Virus record (IMG/VR): IMGVR_UViG_3300025018_000001
Length of the DNA: 64,000 bases
Source of the DNA: a virus
Taxonomy: Duplodnaviria; Caudoviricetes
Strand: one strand, 5' to 3'
Every line of letters begins with the position of its first letter. Within the stretch, counting starts at the first letter, position 1. The notes under the pieces were generated by a model. The model did no database searches. It worked only from the letters and a program-made list of their open reading frames with translations, and had not been told where the DNA came from. Shown here one piece after another: positions 28,701-39,100 of this stretch. The position numbers and the translations under genes are program-made.

Positions 28701-28974
28701 TAAAAACATCAGAAGCAGCACTTTTAGAATAAAATGTTACATTGGCCAGCTTAGTTAGATCATTCGTATATAATAAAATACTATCTACCTTTAATTTATA
28801 ACCTAAGTCAATATCAAGGTATAATACCTCTGTGTCTACTAGTTGTACACCTAGTGTGTATACGTTATTATCTATAAGTGAGTCTAATTCTGGAATAGTT
28901 AGTGCACGGTTACCTGTACCGCTAGTAGTATTAGAGGTAAATGAACTATTCCTTATCATATTATATTTTGACAT
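25786..28974 (-). CDS. Large virion protein with discoidin-like N-terminus and beta-propeller (Kelch/NHL-like) regions
   Basis: Repeated W.YD...TW, MYD..TD.W, FD..GG.W, D..GG.W blades. Start placed at ATG 28974 after AGGTGA. Confidence 0.6.
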   Translation of the reverse strand: MSKYNMIRNSSFTSNTTSGTGNRALTIPELDSLIDNNVYTLGVQLVDTEVLYLDIDLGYKLKVDSILLYTNDLTKLANVTFYSKSAASDVFSVCSKTVSAVSYVGTVPNPSAPRYIRCVVSGTNMLLHELQVLNNDNIVAFGADGSLTDTFIEDTPEGVVGEVQAIDIYNDTSGDKPANAYVCVDYTGQQGDFYVDIAAESNGPFYNLSEGDIIKNSWSRGTHNNTKVSNTSDGAVLVLSKPTVYEHLSETYIGILPVVDSTFPKSPFGVVRCTAYDKVHKKLYVAFWPGITSKGSPINLWCYDVQLNTWTFRGALVSALWDTDTFSMGCSDTAVYFLGVISESGATRTILKHSMTGSLANLSVFKTFTITFTSTYYYFMVGDFKGNIWIKCHGVYQGDAARQLYKLNEATAALTPVSNNFFLSSLGANVNHLVYDDIRDRIYVLHAESIQNNNFYIEMYDVLTDTWYSSFFNFGNRIMAQNMDMAFCFYNDNLYFQSAQYNGKIYRYNLSTDELDTLPVNIPTKTGIVNKMVVLEPLDAHGDESVLILTGITDIHAVFGYNLPQTLNNSIANLTHITGNYTTPIFALPDANKASYLRIPVLSNIGTTNVSKYKDIQDGIIEVRSSDMSPLPVDHVFWLARANSYSTYFRVEYNNNTAATSFIPLTISNTSTVYTYGSAISRRTGYQLSISAHIAQSANSNVFIFNFGGELVVSKAFATNTAYFGTTDFCDFDVSGGFWSYDAVNKLLKHFNSACILISEVIVDGLCGLATDFNTNSVWYISNVTKALVHLNNLAETETVVNILEPLAVCADEDGGCWVVDHAELDNTKAIKNYSSSGELIVMIPITSSIKVISSDTVGGFYTLSFGVSQEVSHYDKYGNLTMNIKNFASDDKLSGGKFGVVVYSTLLKRMRYVSLATKAIVWTKFYTDYFTTSAYMETYTPRLFTFDIEFQQSDITLPKLIPRPEESLWATNSTLLPWKEVDKDGYFLTKSKYTQARVTLWNFDATSTPTVVGIYMAPAIQITDIQPQKSKPFFIRSNIPAGNITQLDTRIKVWWDIAETD

Positions 28975-28982
28975 GTAATCAC

Positions 28983-31900
28983 CTAAACAGTTGTTAACCA
29001 ATCTACTACTATCTGAGCGTTACTGCCCGTAGATCGAAGTTTTTTATTCTTTATTGTTCTGACATATACAATTTCAATAGCCTGACTAGGTACTTGTTCA
29101 AATACCAATGGAAGACTTTCTGAACCTGGGCCATAAAAATTTATATTATCTTTAGACAATTCTATAAAATTTTCTGGTGTATACAAATATTCACCCTCAA
29201 TATCCTGTTTGTTTACTAAGAAGTCTTCCTTACAGTAATTATACACTTTTATATTTTCAAAGACAAAGGCACTTTGATCATTGTACACTTGGGCCGTTTG
29301 TGTTATCCCTCCTCCAAGTTTGAAGAAAGAGATCTTAGTATCAGAGACATCCCAAGTAGAGGTACTACTCAAAGTAACGACACCATTTATAAATAATTTC
29401 ATAGTGTGATTCCCCGAAATATCCTTACCATCATTACTCCATACAAGGCCAATGTGTACTATTTTATTTCTACCTATAAAAGTATGAGCTGGTAGGTCCT
29501 CTGTGCTAAATAAACTCTGCTTCCTTATATTGCCAGCGAAAACCTCAAACCAATTTCCTGGTTTTATTCTAAGTGATACAATATCGTTAGTATTACTACT
29601 TAAAGTAAATAACGTAGCTGCATGTATTTCACCAAAAGCATCTCTACCCAGTGTGTCAACTCCCATTTTAACCCAAAATTCAATTGATCCTCTATCTAAA
29701 TTAATGTTAGATAAAGGCATCATTAAATAGTCATTATAAGTTAAGCAGAGGCCATTAGCATATTTGACAGGGGTATCGAAAACATTTCTTAATATAGCAA
29801 AATTATCTACAAACATTACTAACTTCTTTCCAGTACCTCTATATTGAAAGTACAATGTAGTTATATTTCTTTTATTGCCTTGCAAATTAAGAATAGTCTC
29901 TAAGAATTCAGTAGAACCACTAACTTTTGTAGGGTAGACACCACTGTAATTGTAAAAATTTAACTTAACATTATTCCAGCCAGTAATAAGGGGAATATCT
30001 GATACATTCCAAGTGTAATAAAAGTCATTAGAATTACTATCTACAGAACCTAATAGAACTTTACCATAAGTGGTATCAAAATTATCTATATTATCAATAT
30101 ATAGATAGAAATGGAAAGCATCGGAAATAGACCATAGTAAATCTTGGCCAAAATGGTCTGCCTCAGATAGTTGTAGGGTGTCAACATCTGAAGATGCTGG
30201 ATAATCTACACGTAGGGAGCGTCTTCCTATCTTAGTATTAATACTGTCATTCGACAAAGTGGAGATATCAGAGAGCCACCACCACCAATATTCTGTTGGC
30301 ACATATTTACCGTCGCCGTATACTTCTATTTTATCTAAATAATCAGGACTACTCATATCATCTAGGAAGTTGTACGCGTAGTTTGTTGCTGTATCCCTTA
30401 TAACAGATACCCATCTAGTTAAGTCATATAAACGGTAAATCTTTATGTTTCTTACACCCCAAGTATTTTCTGTATCAATATTTTGTCTTGTATATACATT
30501 AAAATAACCATCGTACTCTGTAAAAAATTCATGGCTTTGTTTTTGCCATAAGGTACCATAAACATTAGCAAAAACTATAATTGTTTCACTACCTTCTAAT
30601 TCTATACTTATTTCTTCCACATTTTGTGGGTAATACGCCTCCCAGTCAATATAATGATGTCCTTGCGCTAAAAACAAAGAGGTTACTAATAAATATTCCA
30701 CAGAGTACTTTAAGTCGCCAGAATTAAAGTCACTCTCATACTCTGTTGTGTAGTCCTGCCCTCTTGTGAATGGTGCTCTACTTGGATCAGAAGTTACGCT
30801 ATCAGAGTAGCTTATAAATTCACTAGAGTTATCCCATAAAGTATTGTTGACATGCTCAAGCAATTTAGAGCCTTGTTGAAAAGAGTTATATAGTTTAACA
30901 TCTACCACATTAAATTTATCTCTAAGGTCCACACATACGATGGGGAAGTCCTCGCTACTTATATAAGGCACATTAGTTTTTGCAAATATTTCTATTTCCC
31001 GTAGAAAGCCTAACTTAGCATTTAAGTAAGTAGAGTTATATATATCAGTGGGGACATCTATAGTTTCAAAAGAAGTAATTTCGAGTAATGCCCTCCTTGC
31101 CTTGACATAGTTAAACTCGTGTGTTTGAGTAGCAGCATTAGTTATATTAGCTGCCGTATAAACTAAGGTCCATACCCTAGAGCTACCTGAAATAGTGTTA
31201 TCAAGACTTAATTTATATGACTTATTATACCCAAGAGGTATATTAGGGGAATAGCCATTATGTATAGTAAAAGACCCTATGTAGTACTCATCATCAAATT
31301 CAATATAAAGTTTTGGTGAGGTGCCTTCTTCATAGGCCCAGCAGTAATCTACTCCATAGTTTGAGGAATAACCATCTACTGCCTTACTGGGTAAATTTTC
31401 ACCGTAAAAAGTTGTACCCGATACTGTTGTGTTTAAAGCCACATTTTTTAAAGGTGTGTACTGTGTTAGTGTAGAGTTAAGTGGTAACCACTTGTTATTA
31501 AAACCACCATCTTTACAAAATACAGTAGTTATATCCGTATAAACACCCAGTTTTTCAATTGATTTGATAATATTATCTGAACAATCAACTTGAATACCTA
31601 GCCATCTACAGTCCATATAATCAGAGTCAAATACTGCATTATCTATTGAACCACTACTATTGGAGTATTGTGTTTTAAGTTGTAATGACACATCAAATAG
31701 GTTACCAATACCATAGTGTCTCACTATAGATAAACTATGACGACTAATTAAATCAATAACAAACGCTATAAATAAGTCTTCCCTTGTGGCCTCTATAATT
31801 GAGTTTAAAGAGTAATTATTATTATTTACCCCAGATAGTATATTTAACGTTAACTCATTACCTGTGGATATAAAGAATATTTTGTCAATAGGTACTACAT

Positions 31901-34900
31901 CATAAAGCTCCAAACCTAACCACGTTCCTGGCGCCAACATAGGTCTATAATTAAAACTTATATTATATACCCTAACGGTCCACAATGTTGAAGAACCTCT
32001 GAAGTAAAATGAGGTTAAACTATTTGAAGAGGTTAAAGTAAAAGTGGTTATATAAATATGGTTACCTAGATATAAAGATATAGTGTTTCCTGCTTTTCTT
32101 AAACATATTTTGTTTTTTTGTAGCATATTAAAGTAACACCCTAAAGTATTATTTGTATATAATATGGTGGAACCCTCTACGATGTTCAGTACATGTACTG
32201 TACCATCACATGAAGCTATACCTGCTCCGGCAACACAAGTCCATTCTAAATAAAATACTATTTCTGCACCACTATAAAACTCAAATTTCGCGTATGATAA
32301 AGGGTAAATATATGAGGGGTGGTTCGGGTCAAAATAGTAGTCAAATAAAAACTCAAAGTTATCTGAGTTATTAAATCTATATGTACTCAGATTAATATCA
32401 CCAGTCTTACCGTTTATTAAAAGGTATTCATTATTTACAACAAAAGCTTCTGGGGACTTAGTACCAAAAACGGAAAATTCATCCCAGGTGCCTTCTGCAA
32501 AAGAATCTTTGAATGTATAATAATTTGGTATGTTAGTACCATTAGAGACTATGTAATTAAGAGAAGTATTTGGTATAGTATCAGGTAATAAAATTTTTCT
32601 TATATCTACACGTTCTCCAAGATATGAAACTATGATATCACTCAGTACACTAACTCTATCTGCTGATAATATTTGTATACGCCAGTACTTACTTGATACA
32701 GGCACGATATCTGCAGAAAATTTATATCTATGGAGGTAAGCCTCATTTGAGAAATCTACTGGTATACCTGAGCTTAAGGTACCATAAGTAAACCAATCAA
32801 AGGTATTGTATGAATAATAAGCTGTTTTACCCTCAATAGCGTTAGCTAAACCATAACTAAAACAACTTGTAGCACATTGTCCTCTACTGTAAGTAATAGG
32901 GTAGTCATCGCTTTTATACAAGAAGCATGTAGGGCCTAACTCAGGATCTTTAAGAGTATCAAAAGAATTTAAAGTATTCCAAAAAATAATATTTTTACTG
33001 CTGATTAAATCTCTAGGTATATCTACGGTAAGATCAAAAGACTTGTTGTATATATTAGTGATTACAACTTCCTTGCTATCACTTATTATACCATTTTTTG
33101 CTTCGTCTATTAACACTAAGGAGTCTTCTGTGTAAGCTTGTTCTGTAGTTGAAACAGCTATCTCACGCATATTAAAAGCCGTCTGTGATTCGAAAGACAC
33201 CCTAAAGTATCTAGGTGTACCTCCTACAAATGCGGCTGTAGTGGTTTCATCTACAGTTTTAAACCCAGTGGTACGCCATTTATCCTTATAATCCGAAAAA
33301 TGTAATATAGTATTGTCAACCATAGATACATCATTAGGTACTCTAGAGTAAACTTCCATCTCGGTTACTTTAGTACTATTATGTCTATCACAATATATTC
33401 TAAACCCTTTACATGGTATTGGTTCAAACTCATGAGCCAATATACTCCAGTCAACAAAGTAAGTAGATATATGATCTTGGCATATTTCAGGATTATCATA
33501 GTCTTGACTATATAAGTTAGTTGTTGCAGGATTCTTAAATAAATACCTATCTATGTTATCATTATCCCCCTTGGTGTACTTAACACCATTTAAATATATA
33601 AAGTTGTATTCAGGTACTAAATTATATGCCACATTATCTGCGTCACCTGAGTAGTGATAAGACCCACCATACGTAGATAAAGCAATATTTCTAAAATTAT
33701 TTTCTTCTTTAAAATATATTATACTTTTATATACATCGAAAAGGTGCTCAGCTGGGAATAGTAATGTAAAAGCTATTGGATCAGTAGTGTAATTCATAGA
33801 ACCACTAGTAGGTTTTTTTATACCACAGTATTCTGTTAGGCCATTACACACTGTACTATATGGCCATTCGAAATCTCCATTAACATAAAAATAAGCGTGC
33901 TCACCAAAAGTAGCTATACCATTATCCTGAGTGTATACATCACCCTCTTTTCCGTTATCAGCAGTGATAATTAAATCATCTAAACATTCCTTGCCATAGT
34001 ATATATTATTATGTGTATCATACCAAGTACCACCATAAGCTGTAAGATATACACCAGCATGATTATGAGTTTCATTAAATAGATCTACATTCCATGTAAC
34101 ATCTAGACAAGATGCTAAATTAAATTCGTAGTAACCCTCTAGTTCTTCACCTGATACTATAAACTCGGAAACATTTAACCGGTAGCCCAAGTCAATATCC
34201 AATATAGTATTATTTTGTTTAAGGTCACCTCTAGCATATATTGCAAAACCTCCGACACCATAAGAATAGGATGTTGCATTTTCCACGATAGTAGTAACTT
34301 CACCATTTACTTGTATAAAAGTAGCGTCTGGTAAACCAGTAGCTGTCTGCCCTACATAAAGGTTTGCATTATATATACCCAATATGTCACCTTTGTTTAC
34401 TAACACGTCGTAGTCCACTCTAGAAACTATAGGACGCATAGTATACAATGTAGCATCCTCAGTAGTAGGTAAAGGTATTGAGTAAACTACTCTAAATGTA
34501 CCATCATTACGTGGACGTAAAATTTTTAAGGCTGCTCCTGGGTAGAGCAAACCATACACCCAAAAGTGTTTTAATTTACCGTTGTTATCTATACGTTTTG
34601 ATAAATCAATAATAGTTTTGCCTGTATTATCGAAAGAAGTATAACCTGTAACATCATCTAATTCAGATATTAATTTGGATGTTCCTATTTCATTAAAGTC
34701 ACGTCTACCTCCTTCAACAGAATACTGTGACGGGTTGTGTATGTAAGCTATATCATTATCTCCATCCACTAGCGCGTTTATTTCAAATGTCTGTAGAAGC
34801 CTTGTACTAGCATAATCAAACCCAGTGGCTGGATCTGTACCTGATACACATGTGTATATAGGTTCCATACGGTCATTGAAGAATCCCAATTCTTCAGCTG

Positions 34901-35792
34901 CCTTAGAGTAACTAATCACTACACTACTATTATTACGGTTAGTGCCACTGGATATTCTTATAACTTCCTTATCCGTGTAGTCTACTTGTGCAAAAGAATA
35001 GCCACCTATGTTAACAGTACTTATACTATTACCTAATACTTTGGCAATGTCATTACCTGACATTAGAATATTTTCGCCAAGTTCAATATGTTCTATACCG
35101 TAGTCGTCTATATCAATTAAAAGTTCGCTGCTTTCACCTGCTACTAACGTGTAGTTTGCTTTTTTTACTGTTGCTTCACAGTAGGCACGATTACCCGCAC
35201 CAGGGCACGGATGTGAGTAATACTGATAATAAGAACAATTAGTGTTTATACACATCCAAAAATCTTCTGAGGTGATACGTAAAGATTTTAAAAAAAACTT
35301 ATCCCCAGTATGGCCGTCAATGAACGGATAAAATCTAAGGTTATTAATGTCACCCTGCCACCACTTATAAGGGCCTAAATTTAATTTATAGTATTCCCAT
35401 GTACCTACACCTGTTATATCAAACTCTATAGTGCGATCATCAGCCCAAGCGACGTCATCAGTCCTGAGCCACATTATCTTACCCTTGGTTAATCCTTTTA
35501 CTGTTCTAGTTGGGTTTTCATCAATAACTTTTAATATAAATTCTATAAAGAAATATTCTTCTGCATTTACTGATAAGAACACTTCTGTCCGACTAATATG
35601 ACAGTCTGGTAAGTAAGCAGAACCAAACAAAATATTATTCCAACAACCGTACATATAAATATTATTGTATATAGTCCACCCGTCAACATTACCGTTGTTA
35701 GAGAAATCTGTGAAATATCCGTTAGTAGAATCATAACGACATAATTCAGAGTTACTGATTGACTTGGCGTCTCTTAGAAAATTATGCTTCAT
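28983..35792 (-). CDS. Giant (2269 aa) modular virion protein: discoidin/F5-8-like, lectin and LamG-like domains
   Basis: KNVALNTTVSG...PSKAVDG discoidin pattern, GSIEFWVK...HIGLVWS...KLFING LamG pattern, and a module shared with the 517- and 321-aa proteins. Confidence 0.65.
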   Translation of the reverse strand: MKHNFLRDAKSISNSELCRYDSTNGYFTDFSNNGNVDGWTIYNNIYMYGCWNNILFGSAYLPDCHISRTEVFLSVNAEEYFFIEFILKVIDENPTRTVKGLTKGKIMWLRTDDVAWADDRTIEFDITGVGTWEYYKLNLGPYKWWQGDINNLRFYPFIDGHTGDKFFLKSLRITSEDFWMCINTNCSYYQYYSHPCPGAGNRAYCEATVKKANYTLVAGESSELLIDIDDYGIEHIELGENILMSGNDIAKVLGNSISTVNIGGYSFAQVDYTDKEVIRISSGTNRNNSSVVISYSKAAEELGFFNDRMEPIYTCVSGTDPATGFDYASTRLLQTFEINALVDGDNDIAYIHNPSQYSVEGGRRDFNEIGTSKLISELDDVTGYTSFDNTGKTIIDLSKRIDNNGKLKHFWVYGLLYPGAALKILRPRNDGTFRVVYSIPLPTTEDATLYTMRPIVSRVDYDVLVNKGDILGIYNANLYVGQTATGLPDATFIQVNGEVTTIVENATSYSYGVGGFAIYARGDLKQNNTILDIDLGYRLNVSEFIVSGEELEGYYEFNLASCLDVTWNVDLFNETHNHAGVYLTAYGGTWYDTHNNIYYGKECLDDLIITADNGKEGDVYTQDNGIATFGEHAYFYVNGDFEWPYSTVCNGLTEYCGIKKPTSGSMNYTTDPIAFTLLFPAEHLFDVYKSIIYFKEENNFRNIALSTYGGSYHYSGDADNVAYNLVPEYNFIYLNGVKYTKGDNDNIDRYLFKNPATTNLYSQDYDNPEICQDHISTYFVDWSILAHEFEPIPCKGFRIYCDRHNSTKVTEMEVYSRVPNDVSMVDNTILHFSDYKDKWRTTGFKTVDETTTAAFVGGTPRYFRVSFESQTAFNMREIAVSTTEQAYTEDSLVLIDEAKNGIISDSKEVVITNIYNKSFDLTVDIPRDLISSKNIIFWNTLNSFDTLKDPELGPTCFLYKSDDYPITYSRGQCATSCFSYGLANAIEGKTAYYSYNTFDWFTYGTLSSGIPVDFSNEAYLHRYKFSADIVPVSSKYWRIQILSADRVSVLSDIIVSYLGERVDIRKILLPDTIPNTSLNYIVSNGTNIPNYYTFKDSFAEGTWDEFSVFGTKSPEAFVVNNEYLLINGKTGDINLSTYRFNNSDNFEFLFDYYFDPNHPSYIYPLSYAKFEFYSGAEIVFYLEWTCVAGAGIASCDGTVHVLNIVEGSTILYTNNTLGCYFNMLQKNKICLRKAGNTISLYLGNHIYITTFTLTSSNSLTSFYFRGSSTLWTVRVYNISFNYRPMLAPGTWLGLELYDVVPIDKIFFISTGNELTLNILSGVNNNNYSLNSIIEATREDLFIAFVIDLISRHSLSIVRHYGIGNLFDVSLQLKTQYSNSSGSIDNAVFDSDYMDCRWLGIQVDCSDNIIKSIEKLGVYTDITTVFCKDGGFNNKWLPLNSTLTQYTPLKNVALNTTVSGTTFYGENLPSKAVDGYSSNYGVDYCWAYEEGTSPKLYIEFDDEYYIGSFTIHNGYSPNIPLGYNKSYKLSLDNTISGSSRVWTLVYTAANITNAATQTHEFNYVKARRALLEITSFETIDVPTDIYNSTYLNAKLGFLREIEIFAKTNVPYISSEDFPIVCVDLRDKFNVVDVKLYNSFQQGSKLLEHVNNTLWDNSSEFISYSDSVTSDPSRAPFTRGQDYTTEYESDFNSGDLKYSVEYLLVTSLFLAQGHHYIDWEAYYPQNVEEISIELEGSETIIVFANVYGTLWQKQSHEFFTEYDGYFNVYTRQNIDTENTWGVRNIKIYRLYDLTRWVSVIRDTATNYAYNFLDDMSSPDYLDKIEVYGDGKYVPTEYWWWWLSDISTLSNDSINTKIGRRSLRVDYPASSDVDTLQLSEADHFGQDLLWSISDAFHFYLYIDNIDNFDTTYGKVLLGSVDSNSNDFYYTWNVSDIPLITGWNNVKLNFYNYSGVYPTKVSGSTEFLETILNLQGNKRNITTLYFQYRGTGKKLVMFVDNFAILRNVFDTPVKYANGLCLTYNDYLMMPLSNINLDRGSIEFWVKMGVDTLGRDAFGEIHAATLFTLSSNTNDIVSLRIKPGNWFEVFAGNIRKQSLFSTEDLPAHTFIGRNKIVHIGLVWSNDGKDISGNHTMKLFINGVVTLSSTSTWDVSDTKISFFKLGGGITQTAQVYNDQSAFVFENIKVYNYCKEDFLVNKQDIEGEYLYTPENFIELSKDNINFYGPGSESLPLVFEQVPSQAIEIVYVRTIKNKKLRSTGSNAQIVVDWLTTV

Positions 35793-36180
35793 GTTGTTTA
35801 ACGAACGGACATACAGATATTATATCTTTGTAACAATTACCTGCATTGTCTACGCCATCACATATATTACAATACTCTAAACCATTATCTGGATTAATAC
35901 TCGCAGGATTTATCACATTTTTAAAAACATGAATCTTTCTAAAACGTCTAATATCGGCATGAATACTTTCACGTCGCTTCTGTTCTAACTCTTTAAAAGA
36001 ATATTTAAACTTAGCAGAACAACTAATACACTTATAAACTAATGGGATGTCTTTAGCTGTATCACATATGTCAGATATTTTATCATTAACATAGTCAACT
36101 TTTAGAAGATACTCACTTATAGATGTGTCATAGTCAAACTCTACCACACCTTTACATTTATCACAAATTATATTAAACAT
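35782..36180 (-). CDS. Zinc-ribbon protein
   Basis: CDKC, CISC, CNIC plus two further Cys in 132 aa. Confidence 0.7.
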   Translation of the reverse strand: MFNIICDKCKGVVEFDYDTSISEYLLKVDYVNDKISDICDTAKDIPLVYKCISCSAKFKYSFKELEQKRRESIHADIRRFRKIHVFKNVINPASINPDNGLEYCNICDGVDNAGNCYKDIISVCPFVKQHEA

Positions 36181-36190
36181 TATAACCTCA

Positions 36191-39100
36191 TTATAGTGAT
36201 GATAGCCTGTCTGCTATAGTGTCTGCAGGATTGGCCATTCGTGTCAATACATCAGACAAACCGTAAGAGTAAAGGTCAAATATATCTCTTTCATGTACAA
36301 AACCATATATACCTGATATCCTTCCCCATTTATAAGCAAAGATAGTAACAATCTGCCTAAGACCTCCACCACCACAATTAAAGAAGTCTTTAAAACTATT
36401 ATTATCCCAGGTCCAATTATGTCCTTCTGGGTAATATAGTTGTTTTGGAGGGACTGCTCTTAATGGTACCATAGTAGTATTCTTAAATCTACAAGTCCAC
36501 TCAGGAAAAGATGTTACTCCTGTATTACTCAAGGTTTCTTTAAACACCTCTCTAGCAATGGATACATATGAGATCTCCTCTGTACCAGCTAAAGCTATTT
36601 CATCATATAACTCCTTCTGCTTGGTTTCAAAATCAAGGTAAGACCCATAAAGATTCTCAGCGTCCTGCTGAACTTTTCCACAAATCCTAGACTGAGTTTT
36701 TCCTACAGAGGTGAATTCACCCTCACTACCAGACATACCAACCATACCAAAAGCATTGTCATATTGATAAGTAGTGGATAATTCAGTTGTGCTAGGGTAC
36801 AGTAAAGATCCTTGGTTTTCTCTACCATGAATTGGAAAAGTTCCATATCCTCCAACAGATATATTAAATTTTCTTTCGTGTACTTGTATAGTTTCTTCCT
36901 GAGCTATATAAAAAACCTTCTTAAATTTTATTGCCCCAATAAATATATAATGCTGAAACTCAATGTCATCATTTGTGAAATTAATCATGTCTAAAGAGTA
37001 GTTAAAGGTAACACTGAAACTAGAACTTAACTCAGCCATATAGTCCTGTGTTAAATTTGTTATTTTATATTCTTTACTAAACTGTACTAATTCTTCTTCT
37101 ATATCCGAAGATACAAAGTCAAATGTTTCTACATCTTTAAAAACTACGTCATCTACCGAACGTTTTAGCACTACCTCAGGTATATGAAAATAATTTGTTA
37201 TTGTAGATTCTTCCTCAGAATTTGGCTCTATTATCTCCCTACCTTTCAAAAAAGATATATCAACTTGGCCTATATTAACTGGAGTTTCAAACTTAAATAT
37301 AATAGTAACTGTACCACTAGTAAAAAAGTACTTCATGTCAAAAGAGTCACTGGCTGGATAAAATTCTGAAACGTTTATGGTAGAGTAATTAGAGTCGTCT
37401 GCAGAAGGTCTTGACAATTTAACCTCATAAGGCAGTTCAATGGGTGCCATATCCTTTGGTAGATATTTTACCATACTAGGGTTTACCATTGTGTAAAGAC
37501 CCCTATTAAAGTACATATCATATTGTTCTCCATCTTTATAAATAGATACCATCCTCTTACCATCTTTTGCATTATCTTTAGCTAGTTCTTCAGTCTCTAC
37601 TATTTCTGCTTCCTCGGTATATAAAATAAAACCACCAGTTATAGCAGATATGGCCATTACTTCTAGATCAGCCTCACTTGTTACAGAATTTAACCAATAT
37701 ACAGCAGAACACACTTCATAAAAATCCATATGTTTTTTAATATCATCTAAACTTAATGAGTCAAAAGCAACACCCTCCTCAATTTCAGATACATCTTTTA
37801 TTAGCTCTAATTTTGTATTAAGTAAACGTACTGGTCCATTATCAAGCCTAACTATAAAGTACGTAGGAAGGGGTGTTTCTGGGTCATATATGGAGGGTTC
37901 CCAGGTTATCTTATGAAAACCTTCATCAGGTATTCTTCTAAATTCATCAATACGAAAATCATAGGTGTAATTAGTATAGCTTATATCTAAAAAACTTAAA
38001 TATTTAGAATGAATTTCACTTGTATCACAAATGGCAAAGTCTAGATCCATAAGTGATGTACGTATATCTATAAGTTCACGTTCTAATGGTTTCCATTTCT
38101 CCCTCCATGCCCATTGAATCGCTGTATCTGCCTCTGGGGAATCTTTATATGTCAGCCAGGCTGTTATAGGTCTTGGGGTGTCCGTACCTGAGAAGTATGC
38201 CTTCCTAGGAGATGGGTACACCATACCAGTAGTCGTACTATGAGCTATAAATATTTCTGAAAATCTATAACGTTTTAGTGAAGAATCCGTACCATCACCC
38301 TTTAGTAATCGTTCATTTATAGAAGTATTATCAACATTTCTAGCAGAAAGCATACCAAACTGGTGTACATATGTAGCCGCTATATCTCCCTCATTAAAGT
38401 AATTATTCCAAGGGAATTCAGTAAAGTCACTACTTAAAGCCATGTCAGAAAAAGCTTCATACATGGGCATCCATTTTTTGTCTTTTGCTATGCCTCCACC
38501 ATCTGTTACATAATAGTAGTGTAAAGCAGCAGTAGATCTAAAACTATGTAGATAAGGTCTATTTTTATTACCAAATTGTGGGCCTATACCTCCATTCTGT
38601 GTCATATAATAAAGAGCTTCTCCAGTTACACCAGCACGTATTCTTGCAAACCCACCAAACCACGGAGTAGAAATCATATCATTATTATGATAAACATAGT
38701 CACAACCACAAGCCCATACAGTAGCATGTGTATCAACTGTATATCCAAAATGTTTTGTAGGGCCTAACATACGTAAATCTTCCGAGCCGTGATCTGTGGC
38801 ACTGAAGTCAGGTCTACCTACATCGTTCAACCAAAACTCCATAAGACCTTCGTCATTTTCATAATTACCACTTCTTAGCATATAAGTAGCATATGGGTCA
38901 CAACTAGTATAAGGGTACCACATAAGGGATGGTCTGCGTGAAACACTACCAAAGCTATGATCGCCACATCTAGGGCTAGATCCACCTATACCGGTTTCTA
39001 GCTTTACTGTACCAATATGTGCTACAAAACAGTAACCTGTAGGTAGAAGTAATGTCTCTTGATAATTAGCTTTCCATGAGTACATTATCTCGACATCACT